A stretch of DNA of 64,000 bases from an uncultured virus (IMG/VR IMGVR_UViG_2684622556_000001). Its lineage: Duplodnaviria > Heunggongvirae > Uroviricota > Caudoviricetes. Shown here piece after piece: positions 27,878 to 37,802 of the stretch. The stretch lies in IMG/VR virus record IMGVR_UViG_2684622556_000001. One strand, 5' to 3'. The notes under the pieces are model-generated. The model had not been told where the DNA came from and ran no database searches. It saw only the letters and a list, made by a program, of their open reading frames with translations. A program made the translations under genes and the position numbers. How positions within the stretch are numbered: position 1 is the stretch's first letter; every line of letters starts with the position of its first letter.

Positions 27878-28474
27878 ATGACTAGCCTAATCGACACATG
27901 CGCGGTATTTGGGTGTGGCATAAAGCGTCGGACGCGCGGTCTATGTCCATCGCATTACCAGCGATGGCGCCGACACGGGGATCCACTAGCTGGAGGCCTG
28001 CCAGCCGGCGCACCATTTGAGGATAGGTATTGGTCCAAGGTGGATAAGTCGGGCCGCTGCTGGCTATGGACCGGGGCGAAGAATGATGCCGGATACGGTC
28101 AGATCAGCGTGGGCGGGAAGATGGTTTACGCCCACCGCCTCTCCCTGGAGATGTCCACGGGGAGCACAATCCCACCCGGGATGGACGTTGACCACATGTG
28201 CCATACCCGGCACTGCGTAAACCCTAATCACCTCAGGCTGGCGACGCGTAAGCAGAACTTGGAAAATAGGCGGACCGCCAACTCATCATCTAAGTCGGGC
28301 ATCCGTGGCGTCTCATACTCAATCAGCTCACGTCGTTACCTAAAGCCCTGGCTAGCGCAGGTCAGGTCAAAGGGGCAGCCGACCTACTCGGGCTATTTCA
28401 GCACTAAAGAGGAAGCTGCCGCAGCGGTCGTTTCAGCTCGACTTCGCATGATGACACACAGTCAAGAGGATTAG
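27878..28474 (+). CDS. HNH homing endonuclease with AP2-like C-terminus
   Basis: CWLWTG...YAHR..VDHMC..R.CVNPNHL...N; SGIRGVS...W.A...GYFSTKEEAA. Confidence 0.85.
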   Translation: MTSLIDTCAVFGCGIKRRTRGLCPSHYQRWRRHGDPLAGGLPAGAPFEDRYWSKVDKSGRCWLWTGAKNDAGYGQISVGGKMVYAHRLSLEMSTGSTIPPGMDVDHMCHTRHCVNPNHLRLATRKQNLENRRTANSSSKSGIRGVSYSISSRRYLKPWLAQVRSKGQPTYSGYFSTKEEAAAAVVSARLRMMTHSQED

Positions 28475-28476
28475 CG

Positions 28477-29751
28477 ATGACCGGGCGTCGTCTCGGGGTA
28501 GCGATCACCACCCACAACCGCCGAGATGTTCTCCTCAACGCGCTGACGCATTGGATCGAGCACACGCCGGCTGATGTGCCGATTGTTGTTGTGGACGACG
28601 GCAGTGACGAGCCGCTGTGCCTGGAGGGCTGGCGCGGTATCCCGCTGCATCGAGTTCCTAGCGTGAGTGTTGTTCGTCATCCACAACCCATGGGTATTGC
28701 GGTGGCGAAGAACCGATGCATCGCCGAGCTCATGGACTTGGGGTGCGATCACCTGTTTCTGGCTGACGATGATGTGTGGCCCACGACGGATGAGTGGTGG
28801 AAGCCCTACGTCGAGTCTCCGGAACCGCATTTGTCGTTCCAGTGGCCCAGCGGTGGCCGACACAGCGTCACCTACCAGGACGAGCAGCATTTCGCTATCG
28901 GATTCCCCCGTGGAGTTCTCCTATATGCCGAACGTCGAGTGATCGACACGGTGGGCGGCATGGACATCGGATATGGGGCGCACGGCGGCGAACACGTCGA
29001 CTGGTCGCAGAGAATCCACGACGCAGGGTTGACGCGCTGGCCGTTCGCCGATGTCCGCGGATCACACAACTTGATCTACTCCCGCGACAAAGCCGAAGGA
29101 AACCGAACGGGTTCTTCCCGGTTTGCGCTTCCCGAGCGTGCCCGGATGTGCGAGGCGAACGGAAACCGTTGGGGCCACAAGCACCCAACATGGCCGTACT
29201 TTCCCTACCGGGAAGGCGAAGGTGTCCAGGACTACCAGTTAGGCCCATACTTCCCGCCCGTGGAGCACTATTCGCTGCTGCGGCATGTGGTCGGTTTGAG
29301 GCCTTCCGGTGTGGCTTTGGAGTTCGGTGTAGGTAAAGGCGAATCGACCCGCATCATCGCCGAGCACATGCCGGTGATTGGGTTCGACAGCTTCACCGGT
29401 TTACCCGAGGATTGGCGCGAAGGCTTCCCTAAGGGGTCGTTCGCGCATAAACCACCGGCCATCAACAACACTCGCCTAGTGATAGGCCGGTACGCCGACA
29501 CCCTGCCAGGGTTCACGTTCCCTGAGTGTGGTTTGGTGCATATCGACTGTGACCTTTACTCGTCCACGGCAACAGCTTTGGAGCACCTACAGCTCAGGCC
29601 TGGAACTTATGTCGTTTTTGACGAATGGCACAGCTACGACGGCTGCGAAGACCATGAAATGAAAGCCTGGCAAGAGTACGCCGACCGCACCGGCATCAAC
29701 TGGTGTGTGGTGGGGCATTCGCATGAGGCTTGGGCGATTCGGATCACCTAG
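28477..29751 (+). CDS. Glycosyltransferase family 2 fused to a class I SAM methyltransferase
   Basis: ITTHNR, VVDDGS, LADDD, YGAHGGEH; C-terminal LEFGV.KG, GFDSF.GLPE, HIDCDLYSS, VFDE (TylF/MycF-like). Confidence 0.85.
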   Translation: MTGRRLGVAITTHNRRDVLLNALTHWIEHTPADVPIVVVDDGSDEPLCLEGWRGIPLHRVPSVSVVRHPQPMGIAVAKNRCIAELMDLGCDHLFLADDDVWPTTDEWWKPYVESPEPHLSFQWPSGGRHSVTYQDEQHFAIGFPRGVLLYAERRVIDTVGGMDIGYGAHGGEHVDWSQRIHDAGLTRWPFADVRGSHNLIYSRDKAEGNRTGSSRFALPERARMCEANGNRWGHKHPTWPYFPYREGEGVQDYQLGPYFPPVEHYSLLRHVVGLRPSGVALEFGVGKGESTRIIAEHMPVIGFDSFTGLPEDWREGFPKGSFAHKPPAINNTRLVIGRYADTLPGFTFPECGLVHIDCDLYSSTATALEHLQLRPGTYVVFDEWHSYDGCEDHEMKAWQEYADRTGINWCVVGHSHEAWAIRIT

Positions 29752-29757
29752 GGAGTT

Positions 29758-30579
29758 GTGTTGCGAGTCATCCTCTTTGTGTTCGCGGGCCGCAAAGCCA
29801 ACATGGAGCTCCAGGTCCCGTACATCAAACGCATCCTAGCTGAGCATCCGAACGTCGAATACCACGTATGGAACCTCGCCCGCGACCCCAAGGATGCGGA
29901 GTATCTGCAAACCATAACGGGGGAGCGGATCACCGTCCGCAACGACTTCCACGGCGGATGCCACTGGACTGGATTCAACAAGGTGTGGTGGCACTACGCC
30001 CAACCCGAATACCGGGACTGTTTGTTCGTCAAGGTCGACGACGATGACGTGTTCTTTGAGACCGCTCGTTTCGGTGAATTCCTTGAGGCGATAGACAACA
30101 ACCGGGGAAGTGTTGTCTCCGCGCTGACCGTGAACAATGGCGCCTCAACATGGTTGGAGCCGCTGATCTGGCGCGGCTTCGAGAACCTGAACATCCCCTT
30201 GTTGGATGTGCACATGTCCGGCGACTACGCCCACATGTCTCACGAGCATTTCCTCGCCAATTGGCGGGATGTGACTGGTCAGCCCGATCAGGTCATCCCG
30301 ACGACGGATTGGTTGTCGATCAACTGCATCGGACTCGACCACCCCACCCTCAAACGCATCGCGGACCTACTGGACACACCGTCGCCCGCCCATATCGCCG
30401 GTAGGGATTGGCCGCCAGGCTTCAAGATCGGTGACGAGGGTGCAGCCAACATGCAGCCCCGAGTCATCCATAGAGGGTTTGTGGTGTCGCACCTGTCATT
30501 TGGACCGCAGCAGCTCCCCGATGAGACATGGGACCTACTGCGCCGAGGCTACGCCAAGGTCGCAGGGGAGTACCTGTGA
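29758..30579 (+). CDS. Glycosyltransferase (GT-A fold)
   Basis: VFAGR, FVKVDDDDVF, WLSINCI, HLSFGPQ. Confidence 0.7.
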   Translation: MLRVILFVFAGRKANMELQVPYIKRILAEHPNVEYHVWNLARDPKDAEYLQTITGERITVRNDFHGGCHWTGFNKVWWHYAQPEYRDCLFVKVDDDDVFFETARFGEFLEAIDNNRGSVVSALTVNNGASTWLEPLIWRGFENLNIPLLDVHMSGDYAHMSHEHFLANWRDVTGQPDQVIPTTDWLSINCIGLDHPTLKRIADLLDTPSPAHIAGRDWPPGFKIGDEGAANMQPRVIHRGFVVSHLSFGPQQLPDETWDLLRRGYAKVAGEYL

Positions 30580-31271
30580 ACATCGCCGTGATCATCCCGT
30601 TCCGGGACCGCGGTAAGGACCCTCTAAGGCCCGCGAATCTGCGACGCGTCCTGATGGGCATGGAGGGGCTGTATCGCATCCATGTTGTTGATGACGGCCG
30701 CTCGGGCTATGAGTCGTTCAACCGATCCGCCGCATATAACCGCGGTGCCGACATGGTTGACGCCGACGTGCTTGTCTATTGCGAATCAGATCTGCTGGTC
30801 AACGCTCTCCAGATTCGGGAAGCGGTCGCGCTGGCTTCGTCGGCGCCAGGTTTAGTCGTTCCGTTCTCACGCTTCATGGCCATTACCCCCGAGGACTCGG
30901 TTCGCGTCCGAGACCTTGAGTTAGAGCCCGAACAAGCTGTATCGCATCAGGTCCGCGGCGACCGTCAGTCGATCGGTGCCGTGAATGTCGTCTCCCGGGA
31001 ATCACTCTCACTCATCGGCCAGTACGACGAGTCGTTTGAGGGTGCTTGGTATGACGACGATGCGATGTGCCGAGCGTTTGAGGTGTGCTGCGGCCCAACC
31101 CGCTTCATCGACGGACCGGGTTATCACCTGTACCACCTACCTGGTGCCAGCGGTGATCATTTGACGGACGCTGATCGTGCCGCCACTGAACGCAACAAGG
31201 CCCGCTACCAGCTGTACCGGCAGGCGGCAACACCTGAACGTATCCGCGAACTCACCGCAGGGGGTGTGTGA
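30576..31271 (+). CDS. Glycosyltransferase (GT2/GT7-like)
   Basis: IIPFRDRG, FNRSAAYNRG, ESD, GQYDESFEG.WYDD, YHLYH; GTGA overlap at 30576. Confidence 0.8.
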   Translation: MNIAVIIPFRDRGKDPLRPANLRRVLMGMEGLYRIHVVDDGRSGYESFNRSAAYNRGADMVDADVLVYCESDLLVNALQIREAVALASSAPGLVVPFSRFMAITPEDSVRVRDLELEPEQAVSHQVRGDRQSIGAVNVVSRESLSLIGQYDESFEGAWYDDDAMCRAFEVCCGPTRFIDGPGYHLYHLPGASGDHLTDADRAATERNKARYQLYRQAATPERIRELTAGGV

Positions 31272-31516
31272 TGGCCGAACACCTCATCGCCGGCCCTGAT
31301 GGCACCCAATACACCTTGTTGGAGTGGGTGAACTCCCACATCGTCGGAACGTTCGAGCAGATGCTCCCTGGCGGCAAGACCCGCAAGGGCGGCGCCTGCT
31401 CCTGCGGGTGGCGCACTCCACCTTTCGATCCTGTCGGTGACCGCGCTCAAGCGATGGCCGATGAACATAAGCGTCTAGAAGACCTCGCTGATGAGATGCG
31501 AAGGGAGAACGGTTAA
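31268..31516 (+). CDS. Hypothetical protein
   Basis: CSCGW motif; coupled ORF. Confidence 0.6.
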   Translation: MMAEHLIAGPDGTQYTLLEWVNSHIVGTFEQMLPGGKTRKGGACSCGWRTPPFDPVGDRAQAMADEHKRLEDLADEMRRENG

Positions 31517-31932
31517 TGGCAGCCTTCGTGTACTTCACTGTGGCCGACACCTATCAGGCCATCGTCTCTGACGGGTCCGATGACGGTAATGAGCCGGACC
31601 TGAAGATGATTTCCGGCACCGTCACTTTCACCCCGTCGGTAAAGGAAGTGCTGGCCACCATCTCCGATATCCCCACCACGGTGCGTTTGGAGCCGATCAT
31701 CGGCCGCATCGAGGAAGACGGCGTCCTCAAGACTCTCGATTCCACACCGGGCGTGAAGCTGCTCGCCAACACCGAAGCGATCGGGCCGCTGCCCGAGCTG
31801 ACGTATCGGGTGGACTTCACGAACGTGGTCTACAACCGCAAGACCAATCAGCGCATCGAACCCTTCCGGTTCGCCGCCGCCACAAGCGCCACCACGCTGC
31901 GCTTGTCTTCGGTTGAGCGCCTGCCACTGTGA
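31516..31932 (+). CDS. Hypothetical protein (beta-rich, virion-protein-like)
   Basis: D..D.GNEPD...ISGTVTFTP pattern. Confidence 0.65.
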   Translation: MAAFVYFTVADTYQAIVSDGSDDGNEPDLKMISGTVTFTPSVKEVLATISDIPTTVRLEPIIGRIEEDGVLKTLDSTPGVKLLANTEAIGPLPELTYRVDFTNVVYNRKTNQRIEPFRFAAATSATTLRLSSVERLPL

Positions 31933-32225
31933 TCATGCAAACTGCTGAGCCGTTCACCGCGGTCGCCGAATGCCCATCCTGCGGAGAAATTGGGGTCCAC
32001 TGGCTAGATGAACCGCGCCTAGCCACCCCCGAAGAGTGGGATGAGTACGAGCGCTGCGTCATTGATTACGAATATGAACCGCATGACACGGAGAAAGTGG
32101 TCACCTGGGGCGGTAGAACGGTCCGCGAGATCCCGGTGCAGCGCGCACCGAAGCCGCCATGCGATGAGGGCTTCGCCGTAGCCCGAATCTGCCGGTCCTG
32201 TGCCCACCGCTGGGGCAATGACTAA
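31929..32225 (+). CDS. Zinc-ribbon hypothetical protein
   Basis: CPSCG...CRSC.H.W. Confidence 0.6.
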   Translation: MIMQTAEPFTAVAECPSCGEIGVHWLDEPRLATPEEWDEYERCVIDYEYEPHDTEKVVTWGGRTVREIPVQRAPKPPCDEGFAVARICRSCAHRWGND

Positions 32226-32234
32226 CCGGAACCT

Positions 32235-32870
32235 GTGACCGACTACCGAATCGGCATAGTCGCCCACAACAAGCGGTCCGCCGCGGCCCACAACCTGATG
32301 GAAGCTACTGGCGCAGCGTTCCTGTCATTAGACAACGGATCTAAGGGCTGCAACGGCAACCACCGCCACGTACTTGAGTGGCTATCCACTAGCCCTACCG
32401 AATGGGTTGTGGTTCTCGAGGATGACGCCCAACCTGTAGACGACTTCCGTGCACAGCTCGAGGCTGCGCTCACCGCGGCTCCTTGCGACATTGTGTCCCT
32501 GTATCTGGGGACCAACTATCCACGTCTATGGCAGCGCGGCATCCAGCGCGCCACAACCAAGGCCGACCAAACTGATTCACCCTGGCTGGTATCGGAGCAT
32601 CTTCTGCACGCAGTTGGGTATTGCATCCGCACCAACCTGGTACCCGACCTACTCAAGGCTCTACCCGAGATGCCTATCGATGACGCGATCACCACATGGG
32701 CCAGAGACCAAGAGCACCGCATCGCATACACATGGCCAAGCCTTGTAGACCACGAGGACGCAGACACCTTGATCTCCAAGCGCCCCACACGCAACGCCCC
32801 ACGCAAAGCCCACCGCACAGGCACACGCACCCAATGGGCTGGACCTACAACAGAGCTGGAGTACTGCTGA
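32235..32870 (+). CDS. Glycosyltransferase (GT25-like)
   Basis: GC.GNH, VVLEDDA, IVSLYLG, HAVGY, PIDD, PSLVDH.D. Confidence 0.75.
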   Translation: MTDYRIGIVAHNKRSAAAHNLMEATGAAFLSLDNGSKGCNGNHRHVLEWLSTSPTEWVVVLEDDAQPVDDFRAQLEAALTAAPCDIVSLYLGTNYPRLWQRGIQRATTKADQTDSPWLVSEHLLHAVGYCIRTNLVPDLLKALPEMPIDDAITTWARDQEHRIAYTWPSLVDHEDADTLISKRPTRNAPRKAHRTGTRTQWAGPTTELEYC

Positions 32871-33154
32871 TGCCCGTCCTGGTCTGCTCACGAGGCAAGG
32901 AATACGTACACCCATCAGGCACTCACTACCTGTCCAGCCCCACCAATGTGCTGCACATCTTCAACGGTGAAACCAACGTCGCGTCCTACCGTGAATGGGA
33001 CTACGCCTGGATACCCAACGGAGAACCCGGCACAGGCCAGCGTGTGGACACCACGGTCAACTTCAACGGACCGGTCAGCGTTACCACCGTGGAGGAGCAG
33101 CAGAAGCGCGCACGACTGCAGCTGTCCCGAGACGGACATGCCCCGCGCACCTAA
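32870..33154 (+). CDS. Hypothetical protein
   Basis: TGATG overlap; MPVLVCSRGKEY... Confidence 0.55.
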   Translation: MPVLVCSRGKEYVHPSGTHYLSSPTNVLHIFNGETNVASYREWDYAWIPNGEPGTGQRVDTTVNFNGPVSVTTVEEQQKRARLQLSRDGHAPRT

Positions 33155-33485
33155 GGTCTGCTCCCACAAGGACTGCACAGAGCTAGTGCACGGCGACACC
33201 CGCTGCCCCCAACACAAGGTAAGCGGCTGGTCCTCCAGCCCACGCACCGCATCCGCAGGACGCACAGGAACCAGCGCATGGAGACGCACCAGAGCCTACG
33301 TCCTACACCGCGACAACCACACATGCCAGATACGCGGACCACGATGCACCACCCAAGCCACCGAAGTAGACCACATCAAACCAGTCAGCCTCGGCGGCAC
33401 AGACTTCGCAATCAACTGCCAAGCAACCTGCCACACCTGCCACGCCTGGAAAACCGCACAGGAAGCCAACACGGCCCGGCAATAA
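33138..33485 (+). CDS. Terminase-associated HNH endonuclease
   Basis: MPRAPKVC...RDNHTCQ...EVDHI....GG...NCQ..C.TCH..KT; immediately upstream of terS. Confidence 0.85.
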   Translation: MPRAPKVCSHKDCTELVHGDTRCPQHKVSGWSSSPRTASAGRTGTSAWRRTRAYVLHRDNHTCQIRGPRCTTQATEVDHIKPVSLGGTDFAINCQATCHTCHAWKTAQEANTARQ

Positions 33486-33611
33486 CCCCCTAGGGACCAC
33501 CCCCCACCCACCCCACGCCCGGACATCGGCCAGACGCCGTCTTTTCGGTCTGTACGGGTTCCCCAGCTTTTCCGGCCCCGAAACGGGGCGTCCAAGTCCC
33601 GAAACGGGAGG
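33486..33611. other. Probable cos/packaging region
   Basis: Intergenic gap between HNH and terS; CCCGAAACGGG twice; base-composition skew flips here. Confidence 0.55.
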
Positions 33612-34073
33612 TTGATGATGCCTGGACCCACCAAGAAAGATCCGAGTCTGGTTGCTCGGCGCAATAAGACGACGACCAGGGCTGTTTTGTCTGCCGATCA
33701 CGACATTGAAGCGCCCGAGCTCCCTGCGGAGATCGCGTGGCATTCGATGACAAAGCGTTGGTGGGCTGATATTTGGTCGTCGCCGATGGCTCCCGAGTAT
33801 GCGGAGTCGGACATCAACGGTTTGTTGCGTGTGGCGATGCTGTACAACGACTTTTGGTTGGCGGAGACAGCGAAAGAGCGGGCTGAGATTCAGGTTCGGC
33901 TCGAGAAGGCCGATGTCGACTACGGAACTAACCCGATGGCTCGGCGCCGGCTGGAATGGCAGATCGAGCAGTCGGAGGATTCGAAGGCAAAGGGACAGAA
34001 GCGCCGCGGCGTCCCCAACCCCGCCCCGATGCCAGAACCCGACTCCGATCCGCGGCTCAAGCTAGTCCAATAG
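33612..34073 (+). CDS. Terminase small subunit
   Basis: MPGP..K...RRN...WH..T..WW..IWSSPMA...YG.NP..RRRL.W; position. Confidence 0.85.
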   Translation: MMMPGPTKKDPSLVARRNKTTTRAVLSADHDIEAPELPAEIAWHSMTKRWWADIWSSPMAPEYAESDINGLLRVAMLYNDFWLAETAKERAEIQVRLEKADVDYGTNPMARRRLEWQIEQSEDSKAKGQKRRGVPNPAPMPEPDSDPRLKLVQ

Positions 34074-34080
34074 TCCCGCC

Positions 34081-35733
34081 ATGGCGGTTCTGATTGTTCC
34101 GCCGCTCGACCTGTCCTATCCAACCTTGGGGCCGCAGGTCTGCCAGTTCATCGAAGAGCGGATGGTGTTCGGCCCCGGATCCCTATCGGGGCAGCCGGCA
34201 CGCCTCGATGACGAGAAGCGCGGCATCATCTACCGCCTCTACGAGATCTACCCGCAAGGGCACCGGCTTGCGGGGCGGCGCAGGTTTCAGCGCGGAGCTA
34301 TCGAGGTCCGTAAGGGGCTGGCGAAAACCGAGCTCGCCGCTTGGATATCGGGTTGCGAGCTGCACCCCGAGGCTCCGGTTCGGTGCGACGGGTTCGACGC
34401 CAGCGGCAATCCGGTCGGCCGGCCCGTGGAGTCGCCCGTCATTCCGATGATGGCGGTCACCGAGGAGCAGGTGGAAGAGCTCGCGTACGGCGTGCTCAAG
34501 TATGTGCTCGAAAATGGGCCTGACGCGGAACTGTTCGTGATCACTAAAGAGAAGATCATCAGAAAGGGCTGGAACGGAACCGAAGACGGCTTTGTCGTCG
34601 CGGTATCCAACGCCCCCGGATCTCGAGATGGTGCGCGAACCACCTTCCAGCACTTCGACGAACCACACCGACTGTTCATGCAGCGGATGCGGGACGCGCA
34701 CGAAACGATGCTCCAGAACATGCCGAAGCGTCCCCTTGAGGATCCGTGGACGCTGTACACCTCCACCGCCGGGCAGCCGGGGCAGAACAGCATCGAAGAG
34801 GATGTTCTCGCCGAAGCGGAAGCTATCGACAAGGGTGAGGTTGACGACCCTAGCCTGTTCTTTTTCCGCCGATGGGCCGGCGACGAGCACCGCGACCTAT
34901 CTACGGTGGAGAACCGGATCGCAGCCGTCGCAGACGCTACTGGCCCCGTAGGGGAGTGGGGCGTAGGCCAGTTTGAGCGGATCGCAAAGGACTACGACCG
35001 CAAGGGCATCGACAAAGCCTATTGGGAACGGGTGTGGCTGAATCGGTGGCGCAAATCTGGCTACCAGGCATTCGACATGCTCAAAGTCGAATCCCTCCGA
35101 TTCCAGGATGAAGACAAACCATGGGGTCCGATACCGGACGGCGCATTCGTCACTGCGGGGTTCGACGGCGCGAGATTCCGTGACGCCACCGCACTCACCA
35201 TCACGGATATCGAGACCGGACGGCAGATGCTTCTAGGCTGCTGGGCGCGCCCCGAAAACGCTGAGGACTGGGAAGTCCCAGAGGACGAGGTCACCGACCT
35301 AGTCACGGACATGATGTCCCGGTATGAGGTGTGGCGCCTCTACTGCGACCCGCCGCACTGGACAGAAACGGTCGCTTCATGGGCGGCGCGGTTCCCGGAT
35401 CAAGTTGTCGAGTGGTTCACGCAGCGAAAGACGCCTATGGCTGCCGCGGTCAGGGCGTATGTCGAAGCTATCGACTCGGGGATCGTCACTTATGGCGAAA
35501 ACGCCTGGCAAGACACGCTGATTAAGCATATGGGAAACGCTGGACGGCACGAGTTGAAGCTCCTTGACGACCAGGGAGCTCCGCTGTGGATCCTCCAGAA
35601 GCAAGACGGGCGCCTCGAGGACAAGTTCGACGCCGCAATGTCCGCGGTCCTGTCATGGACGGCATGCGTGGACGCTCGACGATCCGGGGCTAAGCCGCGA
35701 CCGAAATCTTATGTGCCGAGGCGCATCTACTAA
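34081..35733 (+). CDS. Terminase large subunit
   Basis: RKGLAKTE (Walker A-like), FDEPH, STAG, GFDG..F.D.T, KFDAAM. Confidence 0.92.
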   Translation: MAVLIVPPLDLSYPTLGPQVCQFIEERMVFGPGSLSGQPARLDDEKRGIIYRLYEIYPQGHRLAGRRRFQRGAIEVRKGLAKTELAAWISGCELHPEAPVRCDGFDASGNPVGRPVESPVIPMMAVTEEQVEELAYGVLKYVLENGPDAELFVITKEKIIRKGWNGTEDGFVVAVSNAPGSRDGARTTFQHFDEPHRLFMQRMRDAHETMLQNMPKRPLEDPWTLYTSTAGQPGQNSIEEDVLAEAEAIDKGEVDDPSLFFFRRWAGDEHRDLSTVENRIAAVADATGPVGEWGVGQFERIAKDYDRKGIDKAYWERVWLNRWRKSGYQAFDMLKVESLRFQDEDKPWGPIPDGAFVTAGFDGARFRDATALTITDIETGRQMLLGCWARPENAEDWEVPEDEVTDLVTDMMSRYEVWRLYCDPPHWTETVASWAARFPDQVVEWFTQRKTPMAAAVRAYVEAIDSGIVTYGENAWQDTLIKHMGNAGRHELKLLDDQGAPLWILQKQDGRLEDKFDAAMSAVLSWTACVDARRSGAKPRPKSYVPRRIY

Positions 35734-35751
35734 ATGACAGAAGGGAGTCCC

Positions 35752-37116
35752 ATGGCGTCTACACCAGAAGAATGGCTCCCCATCCTGACCAAGCGCATCG
35801 ACGACAACATGCCGCGAGTCCGGCTCTTGGACCGGTATGTGTCCGGCGACGCACCGCTACCGGAGCAGTCGAAGAACACGAAAGCATCCTGGAAGGCCTT
35901 CCAGAAGATGTCCCGCACCAACTGGGGCATGCTGATACGAGACTCTGTTTCTGATCGCATCGTGCCAAACGGAATCACGGTAGACGGGTCTGCGGACTCG
36001 GAAATCGCCAAGCAGGCACAACGCATCTACCGCGATAACCGTATGGATGCCGTTGTGCGGCAGTGGCTCGACTACGGGTTGACATTCCGTGATTCGTACC
36101 TGACTTGCTGGCAGGGAAATGACGGCCAGGCGATAATCACCGCCGATTCCCCCGAAACCATGTACGCCGCAGTAGATCCACTGCAGCCTTGGCGAGTACG
36201 TGCCGCGATCCGCTACTGGCGCGACATAGACGAAGAGAAAGACTTTGCGTTTGTCTGGGTGAACGGTGCGCGCCAGAAGTTCTCACGCCCCTGCTACGTG
36301 CAGAACATCAACTCCAAGCGCCTCATGACCAGAATCTCAGGCGGTTGGGAGCCTGAAACCAACCCGATCGAGACAGACGGCGCCCCACCTGTGGTTGTGT
36401 ACACCAACCCGGGTGGAGCAGGGGTTTTCGAAACCCATATAGATCTCATCAACCGCATCAATTCTGGCGTTCTGCAGCGCTTGTCGACGATGGCGATGCA
36501 AGCGTTCCGTCAGCGCGCTCTAAAGAAGGAGGGCGACAAGCCCCTACCTGCGGTCGATGACAAAGGCAACGCCATCGACTATGCGGCCATCTTTGAACCA
36601 GCCCCCGGAGCGCTGTGGGATCTCCCACCAGGTGTTGACATTTGGGAGTCCGAGACAACCGATGTGAATCCCATGCTAGCCGCGTCGAAAGAAGACATCA
36701 GGCAGCTCTCAGCCGCCACGAAAACTCCGCTGCCAATGTTGATGCCCGACAGCGCGAATCAGTCGGCAGAGGGCGCTATGAACACCGAGAAGGGCTTCAT
36801 CTTCAAGTGTGAAGCCTGTCTTGCGGTAGTAAAACTCGGCCTGGAAGCCATCATCGTTAAGGCACTGGAGACCGAAGGTGTCGCTAACGTCGGCAACATA
36901 GAGGTGTCATTCGAGGCACCAGCCCGCGTGACCCTGTCCGAAAAGTACTCTGCCGCAGCACAAGCATCGGCGGCAGGGGAGTCGTGGGGCTCTATTGCGC
37001 GGAACATCCTCAAGTACTCACCCGATCAGATTGCGCAAGATGAAAAGGATCGGGCCAAGGAAGCGGCGATGGCGCCACAAGTAGCGCCACCTGCTCCACA
37101 AGACTTCCCCCAGTAG
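35752..37116 (+). CDS. Portal protein (SPP1 gp6-like)
   Basis: YVSG..P, TNW..LI.DS..DR, DLINRIN, QAFRQR; position. Confidence 0.9.
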   Translation: MASTPEEWLPILTKRIDDNMPRVRLLDRYVSGDAPLPEQSKNTKASWKAFQKMSRTNWGMLIRDSVSDRIVPNGITVDGSADSEIAKQAQRIYRDNRMDAVVRQWLDYGLTFRDSYLTCWQGNDGQAIITADSPETMYAAVDPLQPWRVRAAIRYWRDIDEEKDFAFVWVNGARQKFSRPCYVQNINSKRLMTRISGGWEPETNPIETDGAPPVVVYTNPGGAGVFETHIDLINRINSGVLQRLSTMAMQAFRQRALKKEGDKPLPAVDDKGNAIDYAAIFEPAPGALWDLPPGVDIWESETTDVNPMLAASKEDIRQLSAATKTPLPMLMPDSANQSAEGAMNTEKGFIFKCEACLAVVKLGLEAIIVKALETEGVANVGNIEVSFEAPARVTLSEKYSAAAQASAAGESWGSIARNILKYSPDQIAQDEKDRAKEAAMAPQVAPPAPQDFPQ

Positions 37117-37166
37117 GGGGTTCGCCCGTACGGGCGCCACCAATGCGAAACGCAAAGGAATTTCAC

Positions 37167-37781
37167 ATGTCTGATGTGACCCCGAATGACATGCCGGGAG
37201 CCGTAACGGAACCGGGCGAACCAGAAGGAACCGTAGACGCCATCAAGGCGCCGAAATCCGAAGCCAAAACCGATGGTTTGACCGCCGAGGAACGGCAAGA
37301 GCTGGACAGACTTCGCGCCACCCGCGTTGAGGAACGACGCTGGGAAAAACGCGCGAAGGAGAACTACGACGACGCCACCAAGTGGCGCGAGCTCATCGAG
37401 AAGAGCGGCGGAGACAAGAAAGAGTTCGACCCCAGGGCCGAAATCGACAAGATCCGAGCCGAACTGACCACTGAACGCACCGAACGGTTGCGATCAGAGG
37501 TCGCCAGAATCACCGGAGTTGACCCTGAGGACATCAAGGGCGGCACCGAAGAAGAGATGCGCGAATCCGCCGAACGGTGGAAGGTGCGTTTCAACGCTCG
37601 ACTCGAAGAAGCGATCAAGTCGAAGTCCGCACCGGCCGCAGCGCCGGCAGCCGAGGTTACTTCAGACAAGAAAGTCACCGGTCCCAAGCAGTTGACCCAT
37701 GATGACCTCAAAAACATGTCCCCCAAGGCGATTCGAGAAGCCCGCGAGAGCGGGCAGCTCGACGAGCTGATGGGGAAGTAA
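37167..37781 (+). CDS. Scaffolding protein
   Basis: Charged, helical, RRWEKRAKEN; directly upstream of the capsid gene. Confidence 0.8.
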   Translation: MSDVTPNDMPGAVTEPGEPEGTVDAIKAPKSEAKTDGLTAEERQELDRLRATRVEERRWEKRAKENYDDATKWRELIEKSGGDKKEFDPRAEIDKIRAELTTERTERLRSEVARITGVDPEDIKGGTEEEMRESAERWKVRFNARLEEAIKSKSAPAAAPAAEVTSDKKVTGPKQLTHDDLKNMSPKAIREARESGQLDELMGK

Positions 37782-37802
37782 GCATAGGAAGGAGCCAGTC
37801 AG

